In this document: one piece after another, positions 42,288 through 52,291 of the stretch | How positions within the stretch are numbered: the stretch's first letter is position 1 | Layout: each line of letters begins with the position of its first letter | Origin: Enterobacteria phage CHB7 | Sequence record: MK562504.1 | Reading direction: 5' to 3' (one strand) | Length of the DNA stretch: 64,000 nt | Program-made: the position numbers and the translations under genes | Notes under the pieces: model-generated | The model's database searches: none | What the model was told of the DNA's origin: nothing | Seen by the model: the letters and a program-made list of their open reading frames with translations, nothing else

Positions 42288-42659
42288 TTATTTTTTCAGA
42301 GCCGCTACAGCAGAGAACGTTGGTTTGTTCTCTTGTGGTTTATCTCCACCCTTCTCACCCTCTTTCTTGGTGTCTGCTGCAATGGCTTTCATCTCACCTG
42401 CTGAGTGAGTCATGATAGTTTTTCCAGCTTCCATCATTGACTTCAGGTTTACGTCATCAGCCGTCAAACCAAACTCTGCAAGTTTTACAGGGTCTCTGGT
42501 AACAATCGCCTCAAACAACTTTGCAGCATACTCTGCTGAGTTGTCAATGGTTAATTGGGCTTTTACAAGAGAACTTTTGTTACGTGAGCCTTTTGGTCTT
42601 CCAGATGGGTTACCGGACTGGCCTTTCTTGAATTGGCCTTTGTTTGTACGTTTTGTCAT
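42288..42659 (-). CDS. DNA-binding protein with GRPKG motif (possible small terminase subunit)
   Basis: N-terminal KGQSGNPSGRPKGSRNK basic AT-hook-like segment. Confidence 0.45.
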   Translation of the reverse strand: MTKRTNKGQFKKGQSGNPSGRPKGSRNKSSLVKAQLTIDNSAEYAAKLFEAIVTRDPVKLAEFGLTADDVNLKSMMEAGKTIMTHSAGEMKAIAADTKKEGEKGGDKPQENKPTFSAVAALKK

Positions 42660-42833
42660 TCAGTCTCCTTCTAAGACTTCTTAAAAGGCTTTTAAGATAA
42701 GAGATAGATATCCAGAAAGATATCTGTTTAAATAGCCTTTTTAGAAGAGTCTTTTAAGTAATCTTCTAAGTGTTTTATTAGGCTACAGCTTGTCAAGTCA
42801 TTTGTCAACAACTTTTTTCAGTTGCAATAGTTC

Positions 42834-42862
42834 TTGACTTGTTGTATGGATTACTGTACCAT
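42834..42862 (+). promoter_or_regulatory. sigma70-like promoter TTGACT-17-TACCAT
   Basis: TTGACT 42834-42839, TACCAT 42857-42862; heads the plus-strand block starting at about 42908. Confidence 0.45.
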
Positions 42863-42907
42863 CTTACTTAAAGCTGTAGGTCTGCCTTTATCTACAAAGG
42901 AGACTTA

Positions 42908-43069
42908 ATGAGAAAATCTAATAAACCGAAGAAAGGTAATAATACCAATCACTGTAAGGAATCAAAAAGGGTAGAATCAATCTACTATTCGTCCTCTGAA
43001 ATTGGTCTGTACCTGTTCTTTCAAAATTACAGAAGACAAGAGGATTATTTATGTGTAGTTCACAATTAG
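42908..43069 (+). CDS. small ORF (53 aa), doubtful
   Basis: ATG preceded by AAGGAG at 6 nt; not in track (under 60 aa); overlaps next ORF. Confidence 0.25.
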   Translation: MRKSNKPKKGNNTNHCKESKRVESIYYSSSEIGLYLFFQNYRRQEDYLCVVHN

Positions 43070-43284
43070 AAATCACAGATATTATTGAGTTGTATCAGAC
43101 TGCAAAGAATCATGGCTATATAACTTCTATTGGGAAGAATAGTCACTATGATGCTCTAACTGGAATGTATTTCAGGGCTGTAGCTCAATCTAGTGAACAG
43201 CATTTAATGGTTTCTTCCAGTGAGTTTGCTTCGTTTCTCTATTGCAGCAAAATTATAAATCGTAGGAGAACTGATAAATGTTAA
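43051..43284 (+). CDS. hypothetical protein
   Basis: 77 aa; AAGAGG RBS. Confidence 0.4.
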   Translation: MCSSQLEITDIIELYQTAKNHGYITSIGKNSHYDALTGMYFRAVAQSSEQHLMVSSSEFASFLYCSKIINRRRTDKC

Positions 43285-43868
43285 CCGTAAGTTTTAATTA
43301 TAATAGTGATGGCTCTGTATCCGTCACTTCACCTTATGCAAATGACCTCTTAAAAGAGTTGGTTAATCAGTGTGGAAGAGGTATGCACTACGTACCTGAC
43401 ACTTTTAAACAGAAGACAATTGCAAATAACCTGATGCGTGTGACGGTATGTAATGTGAACCCTTCATACGACCTAAGCGAAGAATGTCCATATTCCTTGA
43501 TGGCTCTTGGTGCAGAAAGTAAGTTTAAACTTGTCTGTCACGACGCTGAAACCTTCCTAAAGGTCTTCTCAAATCTTATCCATAATGACAAGTACACTTA
43601 TGTTGATGGCTCTGTATCATTCTACCCAGCAAACTACACATGCGTTCTTGTGGACAATATGAGAAGTGGTGGCATGACACCTACAGATATCTCGTTTGAT
43701 GTGAACACTACACCAGACGCAACTCCAAGCAATGATTTCGACATGGATTACGCACTTGCTTTGAGTAAGAAATCTGAGTTCATTGAGTATGTCAATGGAT
43801 TCGGCTTTAAGTTTGATGAGACTATGAATCTCAAAAAGCTTAAAAACCTGCTTAAGACTAAAGCTTAA
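43278..43868 (+). CDS. hypothetical protein
   Basis: 196 aa ORF. Confidence 0.5.
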   Translation: MLTVSFNYNSDGSVSVTSPYANDLLKELVNQCGRGMHYVPDTFKQKTIANNLMRVTVCNVNPSYDLSEECPYSLMALGAESKFKLVCHDAETFLKVFSNLIHNDKYTYVDGSVSFYPANYTCVLVDNMRSGGMTPTDISFDVNTTPDATPSNDFDMDYALALSKKSEFIEYVNGFGFKFDETMNLKKLKNLLKTKA

Positions 43869-43913
43869 GTATTTCGGGGCGAAAGCCCCTTTTTAATTAT
43901 TTAAGGATAGATA

Positions 43914-44288
43914 ATGAAGGCGAAGAGTGGAAAAGACTTTTACTGCTTCCTACAATCCTATGTACAAACAATTGAAGAAGGTGAGAGATATAATCTTAAT
44001 GATGTTCTCCCAACTCCTTTAACGTGGCGTACTAGTCAATGGCCTGAAACGGATATCCCACCAACCACTGCAACCTTCAAATACACTCCTAAAATTGACC
44101 TACCAGATTCTGAAGAATTACTCTACCCAATGTTCCACATTGTCGGTCTAGGTACTTTCCTTATGGATATTCAGTATGTGATGGGTAAGGGATATAAAAT
44201 TGAAGGTGTAGTTCTTGGTGATGTCTCTCCACAACACAAAGGCTACTTCAGATTAAATGCAAGATTAGAGGCTAATAAAAATGATTAA
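43914..44288 (+). CDS. hypothetical protein, paralog of N-terminal domain of the next gene
   Basis: Shares ...FLMDIQYV... core with N-terminus of 44281-45165 (...FFMDLQYA...). Confidence 0.5.
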   Translation: MKAKSGKDFYCFLQSYVQTIEEGERYNLNDVLPTPLTWRTSQWPETDIPPTTATFKYTPKIDLPDSEELLYPMFHIVGLGTFLMDIQYVMGKGYKIEGVVLGDVSPQHKGYFRLNARLEANKND

Positions 44289-45165
44289 GGCAAAAACATA
44301 TCCAGACTTCAAAGAGTTCGTTAAAGGCTTTATTGCGAACGTTAAAGCTGGTAAAAGATATGACTTCAGAACATATCAAGAAGCAATTCTCCCACTGACT
44401 TACAGTTCGCCTTGGCCTGAAGCAGATATTGCAGAGGTGACCAACTTTGCTTATGAGCCAGCATATACAGTCCCATTCAGTCCAGAACTTCTTTACAGTG
44501 TTGGTGCTCAAATGAGAACTGCTGATTTCTTCATGGATTTGCAGTATGCAATCATCAACGGTAAAGATGTTGATACGGTTTACTGTGAATGGCTTGCAAG
44601 AGTTAAACCTTTCTCAATGCTGAACGCAAAACTGAAAGATTCTGTAGTTCCTCCAGTAATCACTACACAGCCAACTAACCAGACTGTTAATGAAGGTGGT
44701 ACGTTGACTCTGAGTGTTGTTGCAACTGGTGCTACAGGTTATCAATGGAAGAAAGGTGCAAGTAACATCTCCGGTGCAACGTCTGCAACTTACACAAAAA
44801 CAAACGTAGTCCCTGCTGATGCTGGTTCTTACACTTGTGTAGTAACTGGTGAAGGTGGTGCAACTGTAACGTCAAACGCTGCAACTGTGACGGTGAATGC
44901 TTTACCAGTAATCACTACACAGCCACAAAACGTTGAAATCACTGAAGGTGACACTCTTGAGTTGAGCATTGTGGCTACTGGAGCAACTGGTTACCAGTGG
45001 AAGAAAGGTGCTGACAACATCTCTGGAGCAACTTCAGCAACTTACACAAAAGAGAATGCAACAACTGCTGACGATGCCGGAACGTACACTTGCGTAGTTA
45101 CTGGTGCAGGTGGTTCTGTAACGTCAAACGCAGCTACTGTTGTGGTTAACGAAGTAGGAGGTTAA
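44281..45165 (+). CDS. protein with two tandem Ig-like domains
   Basis: Two about 80 aa repeats (PVITTQP...GATGYQWKKGA.NISGATSATYTK...AG.YTCVVTG.GG..TSNAATV.VN) with the G-x-Y-x-C Ig-like signature. Confidence 0.6.
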   Translation: MIKAKTYPDFKEFVKGFIANVKAGKRYDFRTYQEAILPLTYSSPWPEADIAEVTNFAYEPAYTVPFSPELLYSVGAQMRTADFFMDLQYAIINGKDVDTVYCEWLARVKPFSMLNAKLKDSVVPPVITTQPTNQTVNEGGTLTLSVVATGATGYQWKKGASNISGATSATYTKTNVVPADAGSYTCVVTGEGGATVTSNAATVTVNALPVITTQPQNVEITEGDTLELSIVATGATGYQWKKGADNISGATSATYTKENATTADDAGTYTCVVTGAGGSVTSNAATVVVNEVGG

Positions 45166-45167
45166 TA

Positions 45168-45632
45168 ATGCAACTCTCTGATAAGGGGCTTGCAGCAATT
45201 AAGTTTTTTGAAGGGCTTCGTCTAGAAGCCTATAGAGACTCTGCTGGAATCCCAACAATCGGGTACGGTACAATCCGTATTGGTGGCAAGCCTGTTACGA
45301 TGGGTATGAAGATTACTGCTTCACAAGCTGAACAGTATCTGCTTGCAGATGTTGAAAGCTATGTTGGGGCGGTAAACAAAGCTATCAAGGTTCCAACCTC
45401 TCAAAATGAGTTTGATGCTCTCGTTGTAGAAACTTACAACATTGGTATCACAGCCATGAGAGACTCAACTTTCATCAAGCGTCATAATGCTGGTAACAAA
45501 GCTGGCTGTGCTGAAGCTATGCAGTGGTGGAACAAGGTAACGGTCAATGGTAAGAAAGAAGTTTCTAAGGGTCTGCAAAACAGACGTCGCTTAGAAGCAA
45601 AAATTTATCTTGACGCTGTTTATCCGAAATAG
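45168..45632 (+). CDS. endolysin, T4-type lysozyme (GH24)
   Basis: KFFEGLRLEAYRDSAGIPTIGYG segment (catalytic E..D..T pattern); strong RBS AGGAGG. Confidence 0.85.
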   Translation: MQLSDKGLAAIKFFEGLRLEAYRDSAGIPTIGYGTIRIGGKPVTMGMKITASQAEQYLLADVESYVGAVNKAIKVPTSQNEFDALVVETYNIGITAMRDSTFIKRHNAGNKAGCAEAMQWWNKVTVNGKKEVSKGLQNRRRLEAKIYLDAVYPK

Positions 45633-45640
45633 TAGATTTA

Positions 45641-45668
45641 GAGGCTCCTTCGGGAGCCTTTTTTATTT
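45641..45668 (+). terminator. rho-independent terminator
   Basis: AGGCTCC-TTCG-GGAGCCT hairpin followed by TTTTTTATTT. Confidence 0.7.
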
Positions 45669-45670
45669 CT

Positions 45671-46081
45671 ATGGAGAAAACTATGAAGATTTGGGCTAGT
45701 GATGTTGGAACTTTCAAATACACCCGTAGTGGTATGAAGGTTCGTATCAGTGGAAGCAAGGTTGTAACGTTAGGCGACAAGGTTTACAGCAAGTTTATCA
45801 TTGAGGTAATTGAACGCTCTCCTATCACGATTGCCAACAATGCTTTCTATGTAGGGAGTATGTACAACGTGGATGGTGAAGGTCTGTTCAGTCCACTTGG
45901 TGAGAGTGGTTTAGACATTATTTCAGAACACCCCTTGACAAGAGAACAACTTTCCGGTTACTATAAAAGCCTACTTGAGAAGCAGAAAGCTTTGCATCAG
46001 GGTGAGGCTAATTACCACAACAACCAGTGCATTAAGCTTCTGGACAAGATTGAAAAAGCTGAGAGAGGTTATTATGAATAA
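45671..46081 (+). CDS. hypothetical protein
   Basis: 136 aa ORF. Confidence 0.5.
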   Translation: MEKTMKIWASDVGTFKYTRSGMKVRISGSKVVTLGDKVYSKFIIEVIERSPITIANNAFYVGSMYNVDGEGLFSPLGESGLDIISEHPLTREQLSGYYKSLLEKQKALHQGEANYHNNQCIKLLDKIEKAERGYYE

Positions 46082-46469
46082 AGAGATTCCTGTAAAAGTT
46101 GACACATCTCGTCACAACACGGTTGACCCCAACAAAGGGCTGGTTGATTGTGTGATTTTCCAGACTAATGGAAACCTTAGTCTTCGTTTTCTGAAAACTG
46201 GCAATACACTACGTCGTGTTCGTGATGACCAAGATGGTTGTCCTGTGTTTGGTTGGTATGATGTAGAGTTTCCATTCTACGCCATCCACTATCCAGATGG
46301 TCAGGAAGATTGGACTACCAAATCAATCTTTGATGAACTGAATGGTATTCCTGTAGAGCAGGAAGTTGAGAAGGAGCCTGTAGAGCTAACCTTCACTTTT
46401 GTCACTGAAGAAAAAGTTGGTGACATTTCTGTTACCGAAGCTATTCAGGTCACACAGGTAATTCGCTAA
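46074..46469 (+). CDS. hypothetical protein
   Basis: ATG 46074 with GAGAGAGG RBS; track ORF 45975-46469 trimmed. Confidence 0.5.
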   Translation: MNKEIPVKVDTSRHNTVDPNKGLVDCVIFQTNGNLSLRFLKTGNTLRRVRDDQDGCPVFGWYDVEFPFYAIHYPDGQEDWTTKSIFDELNGIPVEQEVEKEPVELTFTFVTEEKVGDISVTEAIQVTQVIR

Positions 46470-46762
46470 TGAGTCGTTTACAGGTTGTCTTTCCGATTTG
46501 TGACTTTGTTCTTGAACGAGAGTTCGACCTGTACGAAGAAATAACCGACGACATGACTTGGAGTGTCGTTGAAGAGGCTATCAAGAAACTTTATGGTGGC
46601 CTCTTAAATCCCGCCAACAAGAAACTCACCACTAAGCAGGTGTCTGAACCGTACACTACGTATGATGCCTCAAAGACACCTTTTGAGAACACCTGCTTCG
46701 AGTTACTTATTGGTGGCAACAAAGTTAACTATTTCTTTGTCAGGGAATACCGTGATGACTAA
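46469..46762 (+). CDS. hypothetical protein
   Basis: 97 aa ORF. Confidence 0.5.
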   Translation: MSRLQVVFPICDFVLEREFDLYEEITDDMTWSVVEEAIKKLYGGLLNPANKKLTTKQVSEPYTTYDASKTPFENTCFELLIGGNKVNYFFVREYRDD

Positions 46763-47099
46763 GTTACACGTTGTTGTTTACAAGAGCTTTGCGGATATGC
46801 AGAATGCTTTGACTTCACAAGTTGACAAGCACCGTTCAAGGCTCTTTATCATGTGTGATTTAGGAGATTACCAGCATCCTAAAGAGTTTAAATACAAAGA
46901 TGGTGTCAGAGTCTTACAGTTTGAGGATAGCGTAACAGTTTTCGTCAAGCATGACCTTCCAGCAAAACACATAGGCATGTTGGAGTACTACATTTACCGC
47001 CATACAAACATGCGTGGTGATAACATCAAGATTTCTTCTTTAGAGGTCTTTGAAACTCCTAACACACAACTTAAAAAATATTTAGTGAGGAAACTATAA
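46755..47099 (+). CDS. hypothetical protein
   Basis: ATG 46755 overlapping upstream stop; track ORF 46662-47099 trimmed. Confidence 0.45.
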   Translation: MTKLHVVVYKSFADMQNALTSQVDKHRSRLFIMCDLGDYQHPKEFKYKDGVRVLQFEDSVTVFVKHDLPAKHIGMLEYYIYRHTNMRGDNIKISSLEVFETPNTQLKKYLVRKL

Positions 47100-47689
47100 T
47101 GTCTGAAGAAGTAAAGCCAGAGAATCAAGAAGAGTTTATGCCACAAGTTACCCTTGTACAACACTTTGGTAACATTGAAGGTATTCTTGCAGCATTCCAA
47201 CCAACTGTTAACTCACCTGCAAAGGTTTGTACAGTGACGATGAACGTTAACAACATCTCTGCATGTGTTATCGAAGAAGTCCAGTACTTCAAGTATAACG
47301 ACAAAGAGGTTGATGCAGCACTTTTGAAGTATCGTGCAACCCTTGACAAAGATATTAACCATCGTGACGTAGTTTCACTGTTTGGTGACCTGCACAAGCT
47401 GCTTGAAAAGGTTCTGAAGCGTACATACTACATGAATAGTGGTGCAATTATCACTACGTACATCTCTCCTTGCATTACTGAACCAGTTTTGACAGATGAT
47501 GCACAGTTCTACGTGACTGCTGCTTCAAGCCCTGATTGGTGGATGAAAAACAATGCACTGAAGACTGTAGTTGAAGCTATTCGTGAGCATATTCCTGGGT
47601 TTAGCCCTTGGCGTGGTGCTAAAGATGACTTTATCTCTATGCTTGAGAACGAACGAAACAGGCGTAGTGCATTACTGCCTAAAAAATAA
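47099..47689 (+). CDS. hypothetical protein
   Basis: 196 aa ORF. Confidence 0.5.
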   Translation: MSEEVKPENQEEFMPQVTLVQHFGNIEGILAAFQPTVNSPAKVCTVTMNVNNISACVIEEVQYFKYNDKEVDAALLKYRATLDKDINHRDVVSLFGDLHKLLEKVLKRTYYMNSGAIITTYISPCITEPVLTDDAQFYVTAASSPDWWMKNNALKTVVEAIREHIPGFSPWRGAKDDFISMLENERNRRSALLPKK

Positions 47690-47767
47690 TCTTGACAGCA
47701 GTATACAGATTTCTATATGATGGGGCTACTCAAGGGTAGTCCCTTTTTCATATGCGAGGAAAGTAAA

Positions 47768-48454
47768 ATGAAAGTACAAAAAGGTGATGTAATAATTATC
47801 CATGTCACTAACAGACATAGATTTGCAATAGCTGGTGCTGACACAGTTCATGCAGATGTAACATTTGTCTCAGACACTGGAAGAGTATACTTTAAACCAA
47901 GAGCAAACATGAAATTCATGGTCAACAATGTTGAACAGAGGATTTACGCAGGTCAAGTTTACTCAACTGATGATTTTCACAGAGGTATGTTCACTGGAGC
48001 ATGGAAAGACGCTCTGATGCTAAATCTGAGTGTTGTGCAAGATAAGAAAATTGAAGACTCCAAAGATACAGGCAAAGCAGCTACATTAAGTGTTGAAGAC
48101 ATACCTAAGCATGACTACGGGGCAGCACGTTTCACAACTAAGGCAGATGATAATGATGAAGCTTCAGTAGTGGTTGACAAAGCTAAAGATTTCTTTAAAA
48201 CTTTCTCTTCAGGAAGCCAACATCACCACTATTTCAACCCTCAGACAAAACTTAACTCAATGCTGAAAAGTAAGTGTGAAGATGCTAAGAAGTTGGCTGA
48301 AGAGGTTTACGAGGCTTCTTGTGCAGCAAGTGAAGTGGTTGAAGAGAATCAGTTTGAAAGGGTAATTCGCATTATGATGAAAGCTGGTTTAACACCTTAT
48401 CAAATTGCTGAAGAGATTCAACGTCAGTTCTACAACGCTATGGTGAAAGAATGA
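47768..48454 (+). CDS. hypothetical protein
   Basis: ATG 47768 with GAGGAAA RBS; track ORF 47717-48454 trimmed. Confidence 0.5.
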   Translation: MKVQKGDVIIIHVTNRHRFAIAGADTVHADVTFVSDTGRVYFKPRANMKFMVNNVEQRIYAGQVYSTDDFHRGMFTGAWKDALMLNLSVVQDKKIEDSKDTGKAATLSVEDIPKHDYGAARFTTKADDNDEASVVVDKAKDFFKTFSSGSQHHHYFNPQTKLNSMLKSKCEDAKKLAEEVYEASCAASEVVEENQFERVIRIMMKAGLTPYQIAEEIQRQFYNAMVKE

Positions 48455-48672
48455 AAAAATTTACAACACTTGGTGAGTACTGGATGCTTGCTGCTACAGA
48501 ATCCTACAGGAAAGCCAAAAAGACTAAACAGTGTTATGGTAAGAAAGCGGAAGGTGATATTCTGTACTGCACTGTGCATGATGGGATGCCTCATGTTACA
48601 CCAAGAGGTAAAGCTTTCAAACGTCTGATGGATATTGAGTGGAATGCTCGTTTAGAGAGGGTAGTAAAATGA
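48451..48672 (+). CDS. hypothetical protein
   Basis: 73 aa ORF. Confidence 0.45.
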   Translation: MKKFTTLGEYWMLAATESYRKAKKTKQCYGKKAEGDILYCTVHDGMPHVTPRGKAFKRLMDIEWNARLERVVK

Positions 48673-49175
48673 TTTACGAAGATAGCCGTGATGTGATTTC
48701 TTTTCAGCAGTCTAACCATCATGTATCTCTGAAGATTACTAAGCCAAATGGTGAAGCAGGTGTTATCTCCCACTTCGGAGGTGATAATTGGTTTGGTACA
48801 GGGTGCTTTGAAGGTTACAGCAAAGAATATCTGAAAGCATTCTACCGAGATTTTATTAATGACTACAACGAACTTGTTCAAGCAAAGAACGATTGCACAA
48901 GCAGTGAGTATAAAGCCAGAGGTTGGGCTGGAACTATCCTGATGCTTGGCATTTTCCTTCTGATGATTTGTGTAATCTCCTTTATGGGTTTTTACAACCA
49001 AGAATTAACCCTTAATCAAACTGAGAAGAAACTTGGTGAACTCTGGTTCTTGTATGTACTTCCAATTGCTGGTATGATTGCTGCCTATTGGAGAATGAAG
49101 GTTCATAAGAAACGACTTGTGGACGCTGAGAATAAATTTGAAGAGGTAAGTAAAGAATGCAACCTAAGATTTTAG
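48669..49175 (+). CDS. membrane protein (two predicted TM helices)
   Basis: Hydrophobic segments GWAGTILMLGIFLLMICVISFMGFY and LWFLYVLPIAGMIAAYW; ATG 48669. Confidence 0.5.
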   Translation: MIYEDSRDVISFQQSNHHVSLKITKPNGEAGVISHFGGDNWFGTGCFEGYSKEYLKAFYRDFINDYNELVQAKNDCTSSEYKARGWAGTILMLGIFLLMICVISFMGFYNQELTLNQTEKKLGELWFLYVLPIAGMIAAYWRMKVHKKRLVDAENKFEEVSKECNLRF

Positions 49176-49249
49176 CTGTATGTATCCGTTATGCAATTGC
49201 TGATATGATTAATCAGGCAATCCTGAAAGACGCTTATAAGGAGTGATAA

Positions 49250-49477
49250 ATGATTATGACACCTACCCATCCATTCGGCTTTAGCTCTCTGAATGAACTG
49301 AAAGAGTACCTTGATAAGAACTACTACAATGAACAACCTGTAACGGTTCTTAAAGCTGACCTTTCAAAACTTCTGGACATTGCTATTGAAGCTACTGTAG
49401 AATCCAAACCAGAAGTTGAGAAGAAAGCTGAAAAGAATACGAAGAAGACTGAAAAGAAATCTGAGGATTCTGAGTAA
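49250..49477 (+). CDS. hypothetical protein
   Basis: 75 aa; RBS AAGGAG. Confidence 0.5.
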   Translation: MIMTPTHPFGFSSLNELKEYLDKNYYNEQPVTVLKADLSKLLDIAIEATVESKPEVEKKAEKNTKKTEKKSEDSE

Positions 49478-49529
49478 AATCTTGAAGGGGTTACTTGATA
49501 GCCCCTCTTAACCAAACAAGGTAGCGAAA

Positions 49530-49943
49530 ATGAAACATTTAGTTGGAAAAGTTCTGAATGTCAAACACATATTGACTGGCGAGCATATAACATCTGTCAA
49601 GGTTCAGAAAGTAAATGATGATGCTAACTACCCAATCTTCTGCACTGTCATTGAAGATTTCATGGTTGATGGTTTCCATTATGCAGAAGGTGAGTACTTG
49701 ACGTTTGATAAAGAAGGTAAGTGGCGTGGCAAAAACCATTCAGAGGTAAGTGATTTTGACATGGTTCTTGATATTACATCAGGTGATTCTAAGACTGTTG
49801 AAATTCTGATGAGTGATTATGAAGAACAAGTTATGAAGGTTGCTGTAGATGTTGATATGGCTGCTGAACTACTTGTACCACATCTGAAATCTGGTAAACT
49901 CTCTTTGGAAACTTTTGAGAAGATTGTTAAAGGTAAACTATGA
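49530..49943 (+). CDS. hypothetical protein
   Basis: 137 aa ORF. Confidence 0.5.
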   Translation: MKHLVGKVLNVKHILTGEHITSVKVQKVNDDANYPIFCTVIEDFMVDGFHYAEGEYLTFDKEGKWRGKNHSEVSDFDMVLDITSGDSKTVEILMSDYEEQVMKVAVDVDMAAELLVPHLKSGKLSLETFEKIVKGKL

Positions 49944-50404
49944 AACTTAAAGAAATCGTTCGTAAAGCAATGCTGGACAACTCCACCAAGGATGAGATGT
50001 ACAAAGAAATCTGTGATAAGTTGAACTGTTCAAGACATGCTGCAAAGGTTCTTGTATCAAGTTTTATCTGGGAGTGTTCAGAGGCTTACATGAACTATGT
50101 AGCTTTTGAAAGTTCTCACTTGACAGGTGACAAACAAGCTGGTGAAGATTTGAAAGAGCCAAAAGAGAAACCACCTGTGAAATTAGGTGATATCTACACG
50201 CTTAAAAATTTTCAGACTGGAATTGAGGTTGCCAGAGGTACTGTAGAGCACGTCTTCAAAGATGGTACTTACACTATTCAGATTTTTAAATACATCCCTG
50301 AATACACTCATCTTTGTGGGCTTACTTTCTTGGTAACAAGGGATGACTTTATCAGAAACAGTCCAAATAAATTCGCAGTACCACTTTATGAAGTAGTTCG
50401 GTGA
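49940..50404 (+). CDS. hypothetical protein
   Basis: 154 aa ORF. Confidence 0.5.
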   Translation: MKLKEIVRKAMLDNSTKDEMYKEICDKLNCSRHAAKVLVSSFIWECSEAYMNYVAFESSHLTGDKQAGEDLKEPKEKPPVKLGDIYTLKNFQTGIEVARGTVEHVFKDGTYTIQIFKYIPEYTHLCGLTFLVTRDDFIRNSPNKFAVPLYEVVR

Positions 50405-51021
50405 AGACTATGCTAATCACTGAACAGCATTGGGAAATGATAAAGTTTACTGTAAAGACACTGAAAGGGTTTGGTATGACTAAAGAATTTGAGTTAGAGA
50501 GAAAGTACTTGGTACTAAGTTTGGAAGATATTGACAACTATCTTTCACCGGAATGTAGAGACCAGCTTCAACAAATTGTAATGTCACTGAGACATTCAAG
50601 AGAGTTTGTAGATGGTAAAGAGCCACTAAAAGGTATCTTTGTTAAGGAGTCTTATCCGTTCTATAAAGACACTTTGCAGAAACTTGAAATGTATGTTAAA
50701 CAGCAGAACCGTAAAGAGTTCACTATGGTTTCTCTTGGTGGACAACAAATGCTTGTGATGGAAGATATCAACCCTAAACGAGTTAACAGAGGTGTTTGTA
50801 TCAAGGTCACAGGTAAAGAAGAGTTCATTGATGCTACGTACCTAAGCCACATCTTTGAAGGTGGAAGTGCAGTATTGAACCTGAATGAATATCACATCAG
50901 TTCACATCCAATTAAGGGTGACCAGATAATGCTTCAGGTAAGAGAACGTCACAATGGATTCACACACTTCTTCCAGACGACTAAGACCTCGTTGAGAGCA
51001 ATGCTCAAAGAAGTGATGTAA
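50401..51021 (+). CDS. hypothetical protein
   Basis: 206 aa ORF; last gene of plus block. Confidence 0.5.
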   Translation: MKTMLITEQHWEMIKFTVKTLKGFGMTKEFELERKYLVLSLEDIDNYLSPECRDQLQQIVMSLRHSREFVDGKEPLKGIFVKESYPFYKDTLQKLEMYVKQQNRKEFTMVSLGGQQMLVMEDINPKRVNRGVCIKVTGKEEFIDATYLSHIFEGGSAVLNLNEYHISSHPIKGDQIMLQVRERHNGFTHFFQTTKTSLRAMLKEVM

Positions 51022-51027
51022 AGCTAT

Positions 51028-51058
51028 ACAGCCCCTTTATTGGGGCTTTTTTATTTTC
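51028..51058 (+). terminator. rho-independent terminator
   Basis: AGCCCC-TTTATT-GGGGCT hairpin followed by TTTTTTATTTT. Confidence 0.7.
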
Positions 51059-51139
51059 TTATAAAATTTGGATTCACTCCGTTCATCTTGGGTCACCATA
51101 TCATGTGATAAAATATCTACCCTTCTTAGTAGCCTACTT

Positions 51140-51400
51140 AATCTTACTCTCTATATAGTTATATAGTACTATATAGTATCTTAGTCCCTTAGCAGTGAGT
51201 CTCTATAGCCCTCTGTATAACCCTTCTAAATAGCCCTCTATAAAGCCCTCTAATCAATCCTCTTCCAAACCTATACAATCACCTTAACCATCTCTTCATA
51301 GCCCCTTAGAAGCCCCTATACCCATCTTAATCTCTAGGTAAATGATAGTACCCTCTATAGGGTGTTCACTAGGTTCTACTAATCCTCTATATAGACTGTT
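51140..51400. repeat. cluster of short TATAG-containing repeats (CTCTATAG / CCCTCTATAA / TATATAGTA)
   Basis: Three tandem TATATAGTA units at 51150-51180; GAGTCTCTATAGCCC, CCCTCTATAAAGCCC, CCCTCTATAGGGTG, CCTCTATATAGACTG further on. Confidence 0.6.
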
Positions 51401-51699
51401 TTAGCTAACTAAACAGGTATCACCTTCTAAGGCTTATCCTACAAGGTCTAACACGGTACTAACAAGGTATCTTATAAGCCTGTATTTACCTGTTTTATAC
51501 AGAATACTATATAGATATTTATGCAATTCTTTAGTATTTCGTTTAGAAATATCTAAACTCATAAATTTTTATAAAATAGAACTGTCAAGTCACTTTTTAG
51601 GTGTTATGAAGGAACTCAAAAATATCTGTCTAGGATGTATATCTGCTTGGTAGCCCTTAACATCGCCCTTACAAGTCCTTTGCAAAATCTTAAAATATC

Positions 51700-52210
51700 A
51701 TTAACAATTTCTTAACAACTCTCTCAAGCTCTTAACATCTCTTCAGAGTTCTTAACAGATTCTTAACAGGACTAACAAGGGTGTAACAAGTTTCTAACAA
51801 GTGCTACATAGTCTTTACAGAATCTTAACAGATTGCTAACAAGTGCTAATTAGTTAATTTTAAAGGGTTATTTTGTTAAGATAATTAACAAGTTCCTAAC
51901 AAGTGTTTAACCTTTTTAACAAGCTGTTAACATGGTCACTATCTCTGGTCTTATCGTTCCCTTACCTTCTTAGTGATTCTCTAAACATCCTCTTAAAAGC
52001 TCTCTATAGCTCTATACAGCCTCTTTATAGCCCCTTGTAAGGTAACTATAGCCCAAGTAACTACAAAGGGTTTTATAGGGCTTTCTAGGGGCTTTAAAGG
52101 GTATGCCAAAGAGTCTAACAAGAGTTTAACAAGGTCTTAACAATGATTTAACATACCCCTAACAAGGGTAACTATGCAGGAGTTGTTAAGAATTTGTTAA
52201 GAAAATGTTA
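51700..52210. repeat. iteron-like array of more than 20 TAACA(A/G) words
   Basis: Direct copies at about 10-12 bp spacing over 51701-51924 (CTTAACA, CTAACAAG, GTAACAAG); second cluster 52105-52155; inverted copies (TTGTTAAG) 52173-52205. Confidence 0.7.
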
Positions 52211-52225
52211 AGGGGGCTAGCATAT

Positions 52226-52291
52226 ACGTAACTTTTAAGCCCCTTTTACGTAACTTCATAGCCCCTTTTACGTAACTTTTAAGCTACTTTT
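52226..52291. repeat. 3 x 22 bp tandem repeat (ACGTAACTTTTAAGCCCCTTTT family)
   Basis: Units 52226-52247, 52248-52269, 52270-52291 with 2-4 substitutions each. Confidence 0.7.

Noticed and set aside
51700-52210. Possible CRISPR array
   Set aside because: Repeat words are only 7-9 bp with about 3-5 bp between them; no 25-40 bp repeat/spacer periodicity and no cas genes.
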